Below, piece by piece: positions 10,560 through 18,185 of a DNA stretch of 32,775 nucleotides; the first letter of the stretch is position 1; each line of letters starts with the position of its first letter. The stretch is from Acidobacteriota bacterium (GTDB taxonomy: Bacteria > Acidobacteriota > Thermoanaerobaculia > Gp7-AA8): positions 1-32,775 of the forward strand of contig JBKOUP010000528.1 of the NCBI GenBank assembly GCA_046723495.1, in the 5' to 3' direction. Position numbers and translations under genes: made by a program. The notes beneath the pieces were generated by a model. That model had not been told where the DNA came from, searched no databases, and saw nothing but the letters and a program-made list of their open reading frames with translations.

Positions 10560-13252
10560 CAGTCGTCCAACGTCTCCTTCAGCTTGGCCAGCTCGTTGAG
10601 GGCCTGCAGCGGCGTCAACGCCTCCAACTGCAATGCCCGCACCCTGTCGAGCACGTCCTGCTCGCGCGAGCCGAAGAGCGACAGCTGGCGCGTGGCCGGG
10701 CGGCCGGTGGTGCGCGTCTCCTCGACGAGGTCGCGCTCGTGGCGCTCCAGCGTGGAGAGGATCTCCCGAGCCCGCTCGATGATCGAGTGCGGAATGCCGG
10801 CCAGCTTCGCCACCTGGATGCCGTAGCTCTTGTCCGCGGCGCCCTCGACGACCTTGCGCAGGAAGATGATCTGGTCGTTCCACTCCTTCACGGCCACGTT
10901 GAAGTTCGCCACGCGCGGCTTCGTCTTCGAGAGGTCGGTGACCTCGTGGTAATGCGTGGCGAAGAGGGTGATGCCGCCGCGGGCGGGCGTGTCGTGGAGG
11001 TGCTCGACGATCGCCCAGGCCAGCGAGAGGCCGTCGAACGTGGCCGTGCCGCGGCCGACCTCGTCGAGGATGATGAGCGAGCGCTCCGTGGCGTTGTTGA
11101 GGATGTTCGCGGTCTCGTGCATCTCCACCATGAACGTCGACTCGCCGCGGGCCAGCTGGTCGGAGGCGCCGACGCGGGTGAAGATGCGGTCGAAGATGCC
11201 GAGGCGGGCCTTGCCGGCCGGCACGAAGGAGCCGGCCTGGTTCAGCAGGACGATGAGCGCCACCTGTCGTAGATAAGTTGACTTTCCGCCCATGTTCGGG
11301 CCGGTGATGATCTGGATGCCGTTGCGGTCGCGGGCGACGTCGGTGTGGTTCGGGATGAAGCGCTCCGCGGTGAGCTGCTCGATGACCGGATGGCGCCCGT
11401 CCTCGACCGCGATTTCGACGTCGTCGGAGAGCGCCGCGCGCACGTAGCGGTGGCGGACGGCGATCGTGGCCAGCGAGGCCAGGGCGTCGACGTCGCCCAC
11501 GACGCGGCCCGCGGCGAGGATCGCTCCCGACATCTTGGAGATGCTCTCCAGCAGCTCGTCGTAGAGGCGGACCTCGATGGCCTTGGCCTTCTCCTCGGCG
11601 CCGACGATTTTTTCCTCGAGCTCCTTGAGGTCGGGGGTGATGTAGCGCTCGGCGTTGGCGAGGGTCTGCTTGCGGATGTAGTCGGCCGGAACCTTGGCGA
11701 AGTTCGCCTTCGAGACTTCGATGTAGTAGCCGAAGACGGAGTTGAAGCGGATCTTCAGCGAGCCGATGCCGGTGCGCTCACGCTCGCGGGTCTCGATCTG
11801 CATGAGGATCGCCTTCGAGCCGTGGGCGATGGCCCGGAGCTCGTCGAGCTCGGCGTCGACACCGGCCTTGATGGCGCCGCCGTCGCGGACGTTGGGGGGC
11901 GGCGTGTCGTTGAGGGTCGTGGCGATGCGCGCGACGACGTCGTCGAGGACAGACCCTTCTCCCCGCTCGCGGGGAGAAGGTGCCGCGACAGCGGGGGTTG
12001 CGGGCCGCCATCCGGGAAGCGTTCGCCCCTCACCCGGCCCTTCGGGCCACCCTCTCCCCGCTTCGCGGGGCGAGGGGTGTAAGGCGTTGCGCAACGACGA
12101 CAGCAGCGGCCCCTGCAGCGGCCGCATGACCGCGCGCAGGTCGTCGATCGTCATCAACGAATCGGCGAGCGTCAGGCACTCGCGCGGCGTGGCGCTGCGC
12201 AGCGTCACGCGTGAGGCCAGGCGCTCCAGGTCCGCGATCTGCGCGAGCCGCTGGACCATCTGCTCGAGGATGGCCCGCGAGCGGGTCAGCTCGTCGACGG
12301 CGTCGTGGCGTTCGAAAATCGCCTCGCGCGATTTCAGCGGACGGGTGATCCATCGCCGCAGCGTGCGCGCCCCCATCGCCGAGCGCGTGGCGTTGACGAC
12401 GCTCCAGAGCGACGCGCGCGGGCGGCCGGGGTCGCGCGACTCCAGCACTTCGAGATTCGCCAGCGTGGCGGCGTCGAGCTGCAGGTAGTCGCTGTCGTTG
12501 TCGACGCGCAGCGTCTGCACGTGATCGAGCGGCTTGCGGTGCGAGGCGGCGGCGTAGCGCAGCGCTCCGCCCGCGGCGCCGATGCGCGGGTCGTCGCCTT
12601 CGAGCCCGAAGCCGCGCAGCGACTGCGTGCCGAAGTGGCGCGACAGGTAGTCGTGCGCGGCGCGCGTCTCAAAGAGCGACGGCTCGCTCCCGGTCGACGG
12701 GATGTGCAGTTTGATGCCGCTCTCGCGCGGAAAAATCGCCTCGCGCGGCGCGAAGCGGGCCACGTCGTCGGACAGGCGCGCGTCGTCCGCCGAGGCGTAC
12801 GAGGTGACGAAAAAGTCGCCCGTGGAGACGTCGAGGTAGGCGGCGCCGAGGCGTTCGCCGTTCGGCAGGAGCGAGAGGAGATAGCACGTCTCGCGCTCGA
12901 CGATGGCCGACTCCGTCGACGTCCCCGGCGTGTAGACGCGGACGATCTCGCGCTTGACGATCCCCTTCGCCGCCGCCGGGTCCTCGACCTGCTCGCAGAG
13001 CGCCACGCGGAAGCCCTGCTTGATCAGCTTGGCGATGTAGGCGTCGGCGGCGTGATAGGGCACGCCGCACATCGGAGCCTCGTTCTCTCCCCCCTTGTGC
13101 CGGGCGGTGAGGACGAGGTCGAGCAGCGGCGCGGCGCGCTCGGCGTCCTCGAAGAACATCTCGTAGAAGTCGCCCAGGCGGTAGAAGAGGATGGCGTCGG
13201 GGACCTGCCGCTTGATGTCGAAGTACTGCTCGAGCATGGGTGTGAGTTTCAT
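10559..13252 (-). CDS. mutS: DNA mismatch repair protein MutS, carrying an in-frame palindromic insertion
   Basis: TPMLEQY, GDFYEMF, Walker A GPNMGGKST, STFMVEM, DEVGRGT, FATHYHE and SYGIQVA motifs. Confidence 0.98.
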   Translation of the reverse strand: MKLTPMLEQYFDIKRQVPDAILFYRLGDFYEMFFEDAERAAPLLDLVLTARHKGGENEAPMCGVPYHAADAYIAKLIKQGFRVALCEQVEDPAAAKGIVKREIVRVYTPGTSTESAIVERETCYLLSLLPNGERLGAAYLDVSTGDFFVTSYASADDARLSDDVARFAPREAIFPRESGIKLHIPSTGSEPSLFETRAAHDYLSRHFGTQSLRGFGLEGDDPRIGAAGGALRYAAASHRKPLDHVQTLRVDNDSDYLQLDAATLANLEVLESRDPGRPRASLWSVVNATRSAMGARTLRRWITRPLKSREAIFERHDAVDELTRSRAILEQMVQRLAQIADLERLASRVTLRSATPRECLTLADSLMTIDDLRAVMRPLQGPLLSSLRNALHPSPREAGRGWPEGPGEGRTLPGWRPATPAVAAPSPRERGEGSVLDDVVARIATTLNDTPPPNVRDGGAIKAGVDAELDELRAIAHGSKAILMQIETRERERTGIGSLKIRFNSVFGYYIEVSKANFAKVPADYIRKQTLANAERYITPDLKELEEKIVGAEEKAKAIEVRLYDELLESISKMSGAILAAGRVVGDVDALASLATIAVRHRYVRAALSDDVEIAVEDGRHPVIEQLTAERFIPNHTDVARDRNGIQIITGPNMGGKSTYLRQVALIVLLNQAGSFVPAGKARLGIFDRIFTRVGASDQLARGESTFMVEMHETANILNNATERSLIILDEVGRGTATFDGLSLAWAIVEHLHDTPARGGITLFATHYHEVTDLSKTKPRVANFNVAVKEWNDQIIFLRKVVEGAADKSYGIQVAKLAGIPHSIIERAREILSTLERHERDLVEETRTTGRPATRQLSLFGSREQDVLDRVRALQLEALTPLQALNELAKLKETLDD
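11954..12077. repeat. REP/RPE-like multi-hairpin element inside mutS
   Basis: Hairpins ccttctccccgc-tc-gcggggagaagg (11955-11980), ggccc-ttc-gggcc (12036-12048) and ccctctccccgc-ttc-gcggggcgaggg (12050-12076). Confidence 0.85.
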
Positions 13253-13259
13253 GGGGTCG

Positions 13260-13334
13260 GGGCTCTCAGCTCTCGGCTCTCAGCTCTCAGGCCCACCCGT
13301 CTCCTGAGAGCCGAGAGCTGACAGCTGAGAGCCC
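13260..13334. repeat. Heptamer-tandem hairpin (GCTCTCA/TGAGAGC) in the mutS leader
   Basis: 32-nt arms 13260-13291/13303-13334, 29/32 complementary, 11-nt loop. Confidence 0.9.
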
Positions 13335-13339
13335 ATCCA

Positions 13340-13657
13340 TCAGTTTATCGGCTTCCGAATCAACAGCAGCGTCCCGTCGCCCGCATCCAGCTCCACAACG
13401 ATGGCGCGCTTCAATGCCGTATGCGGCACCGCGTCGCAGAGCACGACCCAGCGCCGGTGATCGTCGCTCAGGGCCACGTGCACCGTCTCGTATCCGCGGT
13501 ACTGCCGCCTCACGATGGCTGCGGCAATCCGCCCCGCATCGTTGCTCAGCACCCGTCCCCTCGGCCGGGAAGGATCGTTGGCGCCGCGAAGTGCAAGAAA
13601 AAGCACAGCGCAGAGAAGAATCCACGCCGGGTAGAGAAGCCAGGGGCGCCGCGGCAC
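13340..13657 (-). CDS. Small hypothetical membrane-anchored protein (possibly PepSY-like)
   Basis: N-terminal hydrophobic helix; C-terminal WVV...VVELDAGDGTLL pattern; TATGAT 6 nt before the GTG. Confidence 0.65.
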   Translation of the reverse strand: MPRRPWLLYPAWILLCAVLFLALRGANDPSRPRGRVLSNDAGRIAAAIVRRQYRGYETVHVALSDDHRRWVVLCDAVPHTALKRAIVVELDAGDGTLLLIRKPIN

Positions 13658-13677
13658 CGGCGTATCATAGCCGCCCT
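13658..13677. promoter_or_regulatory. Overlapping divergent -10 boxes (TATCAT on +, TATGAT on -)
   Basis: The 20-nt intergenic region has TATCAT at 13663-13668 (9 nt before ATG 13678) and TATGAT at 13669-13664 (6 nt before GTG 13657). Confidence 0.65.
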
Positions 13678-13920
13678 ATGACCCGCGACGAGATCGAGCG
13701 CAAGCTGATCGAGATCGTGCGCAAGGAGAAGAGCGACATCCCCGAGGAGCAGCTCACCGCGGCGACAGCGCTGGCCGAGGCGGGCATCGACTCGCTCGAC
13801 GCGCTGACGATCCTCTTTGCCATCGAGGAGGAGTTTCACGTTTCGATTCCCGACGATCAGGCGCGGGCGATGAAGACGTTTGGGGACATGATCGACATCG
13901 TCGCCGGCCTCGTGGAGTGA
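13678..13920 (+). CDS. Acyl carrier protein
   Basis: 80 aa and acidic; GIDSLD phosphopantetheine site; IEEEFHVSIPD. Confidence 0.92.
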   Translation: MTRDEIERKLIEIVRKEKSDIPEEQLTAATALAEAGIDSLDALTILFAIEEEFHVSIPDDQARAMKTFGDMIDIVAGLVE

Positions 13921-13994
13921 ATGCAGAATGCAGAATGCAGAATGCAGAATTCGACGCGCCGCCATTCTGCATTCTGCATTCTGCATTCTGCATT
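13920..13994. repeat. Heptamer-tandem hairpin (GCAGAAT/ATTCTGC)
   Basis: Perfect 31-bp inverted repeat 13920-13950/13964-13994 with a 13-nt loop. Confidence 0.95.
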
Positions 13995-13998
13995 GGCG

Positions 13999-15219
13999 AT
14001 GATCCGCGTCGCCGTCACCGGCATCGGCATCCTCTCCCCGTTCGGGCGCGGCAAGCGCGCCGCCGTCGAGGCTCTCCGCGCCGGCCGCAGCGGCATCCGC
14101 CTCATCGAGTCGATCGACACCTCGGCGCTGAACTGCCGTATCGGCGGCGAAGTGCCGCGCGAGGCGCACGAGGGGTTGGTCAAGGGCCACGACCGCTTCA
14201 CGCGCTTCGCCGTCATCGCCGCCGAGGAGGCCTGTGAAGAGGCCAACTTCGCCGCGGCGAATTTCGAGCAGGAGCGCGTCGGCTCGATCATCGGCACCGG
14301 CATGGGCGGCTGCGAAAACCTCGACGCCGGCTACAAGCGCATCTACGGCGAGAACGCGCCGCGCGTGCCGCCGACGACGATCGCCTGGTCGATGTACAAC
14401 GCCGCGGCCAGCGTGGTGGCGACGCGCTTCGGCGCGAAGGGCCTCGCCTACGCGGTCGTCTCCGCCTGCGCCTCGGGCGCGCACGCGATCGGGCAGGCCT
14501 TTCGCGCCATCCGCGGCGGCGAGATGGACGCGGTCCTCGCCGGCGGCAGCGACGCGCCGCTGACCTTCGGCTCGATCCGCTCGTGGGAGTCGATGCGCGT
14601 GATGGCCATCGACAACGAGCACCCCGAGGCCGCCTCGCGCCCCTTCAGCGCGGACCGCAAAGGCTTCGTCCTCGCCGAGGGGGCGGCGGTGCTGGTGCTC
14701 GAGTCGTTCGAAAGCGCGCGGCGGCGGGGACAGACGATCCTCGGCGAGATCGCCGGCTTCGGCATGACCAGCGACGCCGGCCACATCACCGATCCTTCCG
14801 CCGACGGCGCCGCGCGCGCGATCGCCCTGTCGCTGCGCGACGGCGGGCTGGCCGTGGACGACGTCGGCTACATCAACGCCCACGGCACGGCCACGAAGGC
14901 GAACGACGTCACGGAGACGAAGGCGATCAAGACGGTTTTCGGCACGCGCGCGTACGAGGTGCCGGTGAGCTCGACGAAGTCGATGCACGGCCATGCCATG
15001 GGCGCGAGCGGCGCGATCGAGATCGCTTCGTCGCTCGCCGCGCTCAACGAAGGATTCTTGCCGCCGACGATCAATCTCGACCGGCCCGATGCGGAGTGCG
15101 ATCTCGACTACGTCGCAAACGTTGCGCGCGACGCAAAACCAGCGCTGTTTCTATCGAGCTCCTTCGGCTTCGGCGGGATGAACGGCGTCGTGGCGGTCCG
15201 TACAGTTCATGGCCTCTGA
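13999..15219 (+). CDS. fabF: Beta-ketoacyl-ACP synthase II-like (KAS) protein
   Basis: RVAVTGIG, ACASG (Cys), NAHGT, KSMHGH and SFGFGG motifs. In-frame alternative start ATG 13921. Confidence 0.88.
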   Translation: MIRVAVTGIGILSPFGRGKRAAVEALRAGRSGIRLIESIDTSALNCRIGGEVPREAHEGLVKGHDRFTRFAVIAAEEACEEANFAAANFEQERVGSIIGTGMGGCENLDAGYKRIYGENAPRVPPTTIAWSMYNAAASVVATRFGAKGLAYAVVSACASGAHAIGQAFRAIRGGEMDAVLAGGSDAPLTFGSIRSWESMRVMAIDNEHPEAASRPFSADRKGFVLAEGAAVLVLESFESARRRGQTILGEIAGFGMTSDAGHITDPSADGAARAIALSLRDGGLAVDDVGYINAHGTATKANDVTETKAIKTVFGTRAYEVPVSSTKSMHGHAMGASGAIEIASSLAALNEGFLPPTINLDRPDAECDLDYVANVARDAKPALFLSSSFGFGGMNGVVAVRTVHGL

Positions 15220-15237
15220 TTTGCTAGCATGCCCGGC

Positions 15238-16635
15238 GTGATCGTCGAAAAAAAGCACGTCGACAACTTCACCATTCTCTATGTCGAAGGGTTGATCAAG
15301 CTCGGCGAGAGCGCGGAGTTCTTTTCCGCCGCGCTGGAGAACGTGCTCAAAAACGAGAGCACGAACGTGATCGTCGACTTCACCAAGATCGACTACATCG
15401 ACTCCACCGGCATCGGCGAGCTGGTCGGCTACCTCGGCAAGTTCACGACGCAAAACCGAAAGCTGATCCTCGTCAACCCCTCCGAGCGGATCATGAAGCT
15501 GCTCAAGCTCGCCAAGCTCGACGCGGTCTTCAAGATTTATGGGACGGAGGAAGAGGCGATCTCCGCGGAGAGCGGCCGCGCGGCCGCCCGCGATTTGAAA
15601 CGGGTCATGCAAGTCCTCGCGCGCGCCTACCGCGGCGCGCACGTCGAGTCCTTCCACACCGGCTCCATCGCCGTCGTCGACTCGCTCGGACGCCTCCTCG
15701 CCTTCGCCGGTGACCCGTCGCTGCGCACCTGCGTCCGCTCCGCGGCCAAGCCGTTCCAGGGCATCCCGCTGCTCGAGTACGGCGGCATCGAGGAGTTCGA
15801 TCTCTCCGGCGAAGAGATCGCCCTCACCTGCGCCTCGCACGGCGGCGAGCCGTTGCACGTGGCCACGGCGGCGGCGCTCCTGCGCAAGGGTGAATTCGAC
15901 GAGGAAGACCTCCTCTGCGGCGCGCACATGCCGAAAGACGAGAAGGCCGCCGCGGAGCTCCGCGCCGCGGGCGAGGCGCCTTCGCCGCTGCACAACAACT
16001 GTTCGGGCAAGCACGCCGGGATGCTGCTGGCCACGAAGGTCATGGACGTGCCGAGCGCGCGCTACATCGACGCCGAGCATCCGCTGCAGGTGCTGATGCG
16101 CTCGACCGTCGCCGACTTCGCCGGCCTCGCCGCCGAGGAGGTTCTGATCTCGGTCGACGGCTGCGGAGTCCCGGCGTTCCATCTCTCGCTCTACCGCGCC
16201 GCGTATGCCTACGCGCGCCTGATGGCGCCGGCGGCGCTGGAGCGTTACGCGGAGAGCGCCGCGAACGTGGTCGAGGCCATGACGGCGTTCCCGTACTACG
16301 TCGGCGGCGCCTGGACGATGACCACGCCGCTGATGGAGTCGTTCGCCGGCACGCTTCTGGCGAAGGAGGGCGCGGAGGGCTTCTACGCCATCGGCATCGC
16401 CCCGGAGATGAGCGGGACATTGACCGAGCGCCTGAGGGTCGCCGATGATACGGCCGTGGCCATCGCCCTGAAGATTCACGACGGCTCGATGACCCGCGGG
16501 CGGAACCCGGTGATCCTCCGTACGCTGGAGCTGCTGGGGATCGAGGTGCCGTTGGCACAGGAGTGGCCGGTGTTCAACGTGGTAGGCACGCGGGTGGGAG
16601 AAGTGAAGGCGGAGTTTGAATTGGAGTATTTATGA
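15238..16635 (+). CDS. STAS (anti-sigma-factor antagonist) domain in one ORF with a class 3 (Rhizobium etli-type) L-asparaginase
   Basis: N-terminal DFTKIDYIDSTGIGEL (STAS phospho-Ser motif). From internal ATG 15607: RSAAKPFQ, CASHGGE, NNCSGKH, DGCG and AKEGAEG. GTG 15238 is preferred over ATG 15229 because TGcTAGCAT lies 7 nt upstream. Confidence 0.8.
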   Translation: MIVEKKHVDNFTILYVEGLIKLGESAEFFSAALENVLKNESTNVIVDFTKIDYIDSTGIGELVGYLGKFTTQNRKLILVNPSERIMKLLKLAKLDAVFKIYGTEEEAISAESGRAAARDLKRVMQVLARAYRGAHVESFHTGSIAVVDSLGRLLAFAGDPSLRTCVRSAAKPFQGIPLLEYGGIEEFDLSGEEIALTCASHGGEPLHVATAAALLRKGEFDEEDLLCGAHMPKDEKAAAELRAAGEAPSPLHNNCSGKHAGMLLATKVMDVPSARYIDAEHPLQVLMRSTVADFAGLAAEEVLISVDGCGVPAFHLSLYRAAYAYARLMAPAALERYAESAANVVEAMTAFPYYVGGAWTMTTPLMESFAGTLLAKEGAEGFYAIGIAPEMSGTLTERLRVADDTAVAIALKIHDGSMTRGRNPVILRTLELLGIEVPLAQEWPVFNVVGTRVGEVKAEFELEYL

Positions 16636-16729
16636 AAGCAGAAAGCAGAAATCAGAAATCAGAAATCCTGGCGGCGAACGCGCGAGTGACGCAGCGATTT
16701 CTGCTTTCTGCTTTCTGCCTTCTGATTTC
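16634..16729. repeat. Heptamer-tandem hairpin (GCAGAAA/TCAGAAA vs TTTCTGC)
   Basis: 34-nt arms 16634-16667/16696-16729, 30/34 complementary, 28-nt loop. Confidence 0.9.
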
Positions 16730-17096
16730 CTGCAAGACCGTCGGCGTCTCCACCACCGCCGGCGGCTACTCCGAGGTCGAGTCGACGGTGGCGGCGGAGA
16801 TGATCCTCGACAGCCAGCAGGTCGTCGTCATCGACGTGCGTCCCATCGACGTCTATCGCGGTCCCCGAGGGCACATTGCCGGGGCGCTGAACTCGCCGCT
16901 GGAGACGATCGAGCACCAGCTCCCGCTGCTCCTGCCGTACCAGAACCAGACCGTGCTCGTGTACGGCGACAGCTCCACCGACGGCGCCGTGGCCGCCAAG
17001 GTTCTGAGCGTGGCCGGCTTCCGCAACGTGGTGCTGATCGCCGGCGGCCTTCGCTCCTGGATTGAACATCGCTATCGGACGGTTAACTCGCCGTGA
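16686..17096 (+). CDS. Rhodanese-like domain lipoprotein lacking the active-site Cys
   Basis: VIDVRP..Y...GHIAGALN and GFRNVVLIAGGLRSW motifs; lipobox LISC. Start is GTG 16686 or ATG 16632 (ATGA-coupled). Confidence 0.82.
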   Translation: MTQRFLLSAFCLLISCKTVGVSTTAGGYSEVESTVAAEMILDSQQVVVIDVRPIDVYRGPRGHIAGALNSPLETIEHQLPLLLPYQNQTVLVYGDSSTDGAVAAKVLSVAGFRNVVLIAGGLRSWIEHRYRTVNSP

Positions 17097-18151
17097 TGCG
17101 AAAACTACTCGTGGCCGCCATCGCGGCTTTTCTCCCCATTCTCGCCACCGCCGCTCCCGCCGAACTCGCCGCGCTGAAGGACTACGCGACGCGGGCGCTG
17201 CCGCGCTGTCCGGACCAGAAGATCACCCTCGAGCTCCAGGAGAAGGAGTCGCCCATCGGCTTCATGCCGTACCTCCTCACCCAGACCTCGAGCGACTCGA
17301 GCTGCGGGCGGCAGACGGCGCTGCTCTACTCGCCGACGACGCGGCAGATCCTCATCGGCGCGGTTCTCGAGCTCCCCATGGACACGCGCAGCGTCGACGT
17401 CCGCGTGTCCGAGCGGGCCATGGAGGCGCTCAAGCAGCCGCTCACCGCGAGCGTGTCGAAGTTCCCCCTCCCCGACCGCGTCCGGGCCGTCTCGATCTTC
17501 AAGCAGACGCCGTACGGCCCCTTCGCCTATCACGGCTTCGTCGACGCCTCGGAGCGCTTCCTCGTCGTCGGCTCGCGCGGGAACCTGCTCACGCCGCCGT
17601 CGAAGACGCTCATCGACGCCCTCGAGCTCAAGAACGGCGTCCGCCGCGGCAACACGAAGGCGAAAGCGCAGATCATCGAGCTCTCCGACTTCGAATGCCC
17701 GAGCTGCCGCCACGCCCACATGGACATCGAGCCGATCATCGAGAAGCACCTCGACAAGGTCGACTACATCCGCCTCGACCTCCCGCTCTTCGAGCACCAC
17801 GAGTGGGCCGTGCCGGCGGCCGTGGCCGCGCGGGCCATCGAACGGGTAGCCCCGAAGGAATACTGGAAATACGTGAACTACGTCTACGCGAACCAGGAAG
17901 AGATCGGCAAGCGCAAGTTCGACGACGTGATCCGCGAGTACTGCCAGGACCGCGACATCAACTGGCCGGCCGTGGAGAAGATCTACCGCAACCCCGCCGA
18001 GCGGACGGCCCTGCTCGACCAGGTGTCCCGCGCGTTCGACAACGGCGTCAACTCCACGCCGACATACATCGTGAACGGCCAGATCATGGGCTTCGGCCCG
18101 AAGGGGACGTTCACGATCAAGGCCATCAAGGACGCGCTGGGGTTGAAATAG
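17096..18151 (+). CDS. Secreted DsbA/thioredoxin-fold protein
   Basis: Signal peptide, SDFECPSC, LPLFEHH and GVNSTPTYIVNG (cis-Pro). Alternative start GTG 17093. Confidence 0.88.
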   Translation: MRKLLVAAIAAFLPILATAAPAELAALKDYATRALPRCPDQKITLELQEKESPIGFMPYLLTQTSSDSSCGRQTALLYSPTTRQILIGAVLELPMDTRSVDVRVSERAMEALKQPLTASVSKFPLPDRVRAVSIFKQTPYGPFAYHGFVDASERFLVVGSRGNLLTPPSKTLIDALELKNGVRRGNTKAKAQIIELSDFECPSCRHAHMDIEPIIEKHLDKVDYIRLDLPLFEHHEWAVPAAVAARAIERVAPKEYWKYVNYVYANQEEIGKRKFDDVIREYCQDRDINWPAVEKIYRNPAERTALLDQVSRAFDNGVNSTPTYIVNGQIMGFGPKGTFTIKAIKDALGLK

Positions 18152-18153
18152 GC

Positions 18154-18185
18154 GTCATTCCGAGCGGCGCTGCGCTCGGGATGAC
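18154..18185. repeat. Short GTCAT...ATGAC palindrome (REP-like); probable terminator between convergent genes
   Basis: gtcattccgagcg/cgctcgggatgac, a 13-bp stem with one G-U pair; same ends as the element in hemW. Confidence 0.8.

Noticed and set aside
13253-13340. Repeat-encoded N-terminal extension of MutS from ATG 13336
   Set aside because: It is in frame but interrupted by TGA within the hairpin; ATG 13340 gives only a 17-aa peptide in another frame.
13920-13994. Repeat arrays as possible CRISPR
   Set aside because: The units are 7-nt tandem copies without unique spacers, and there are no cas genes.
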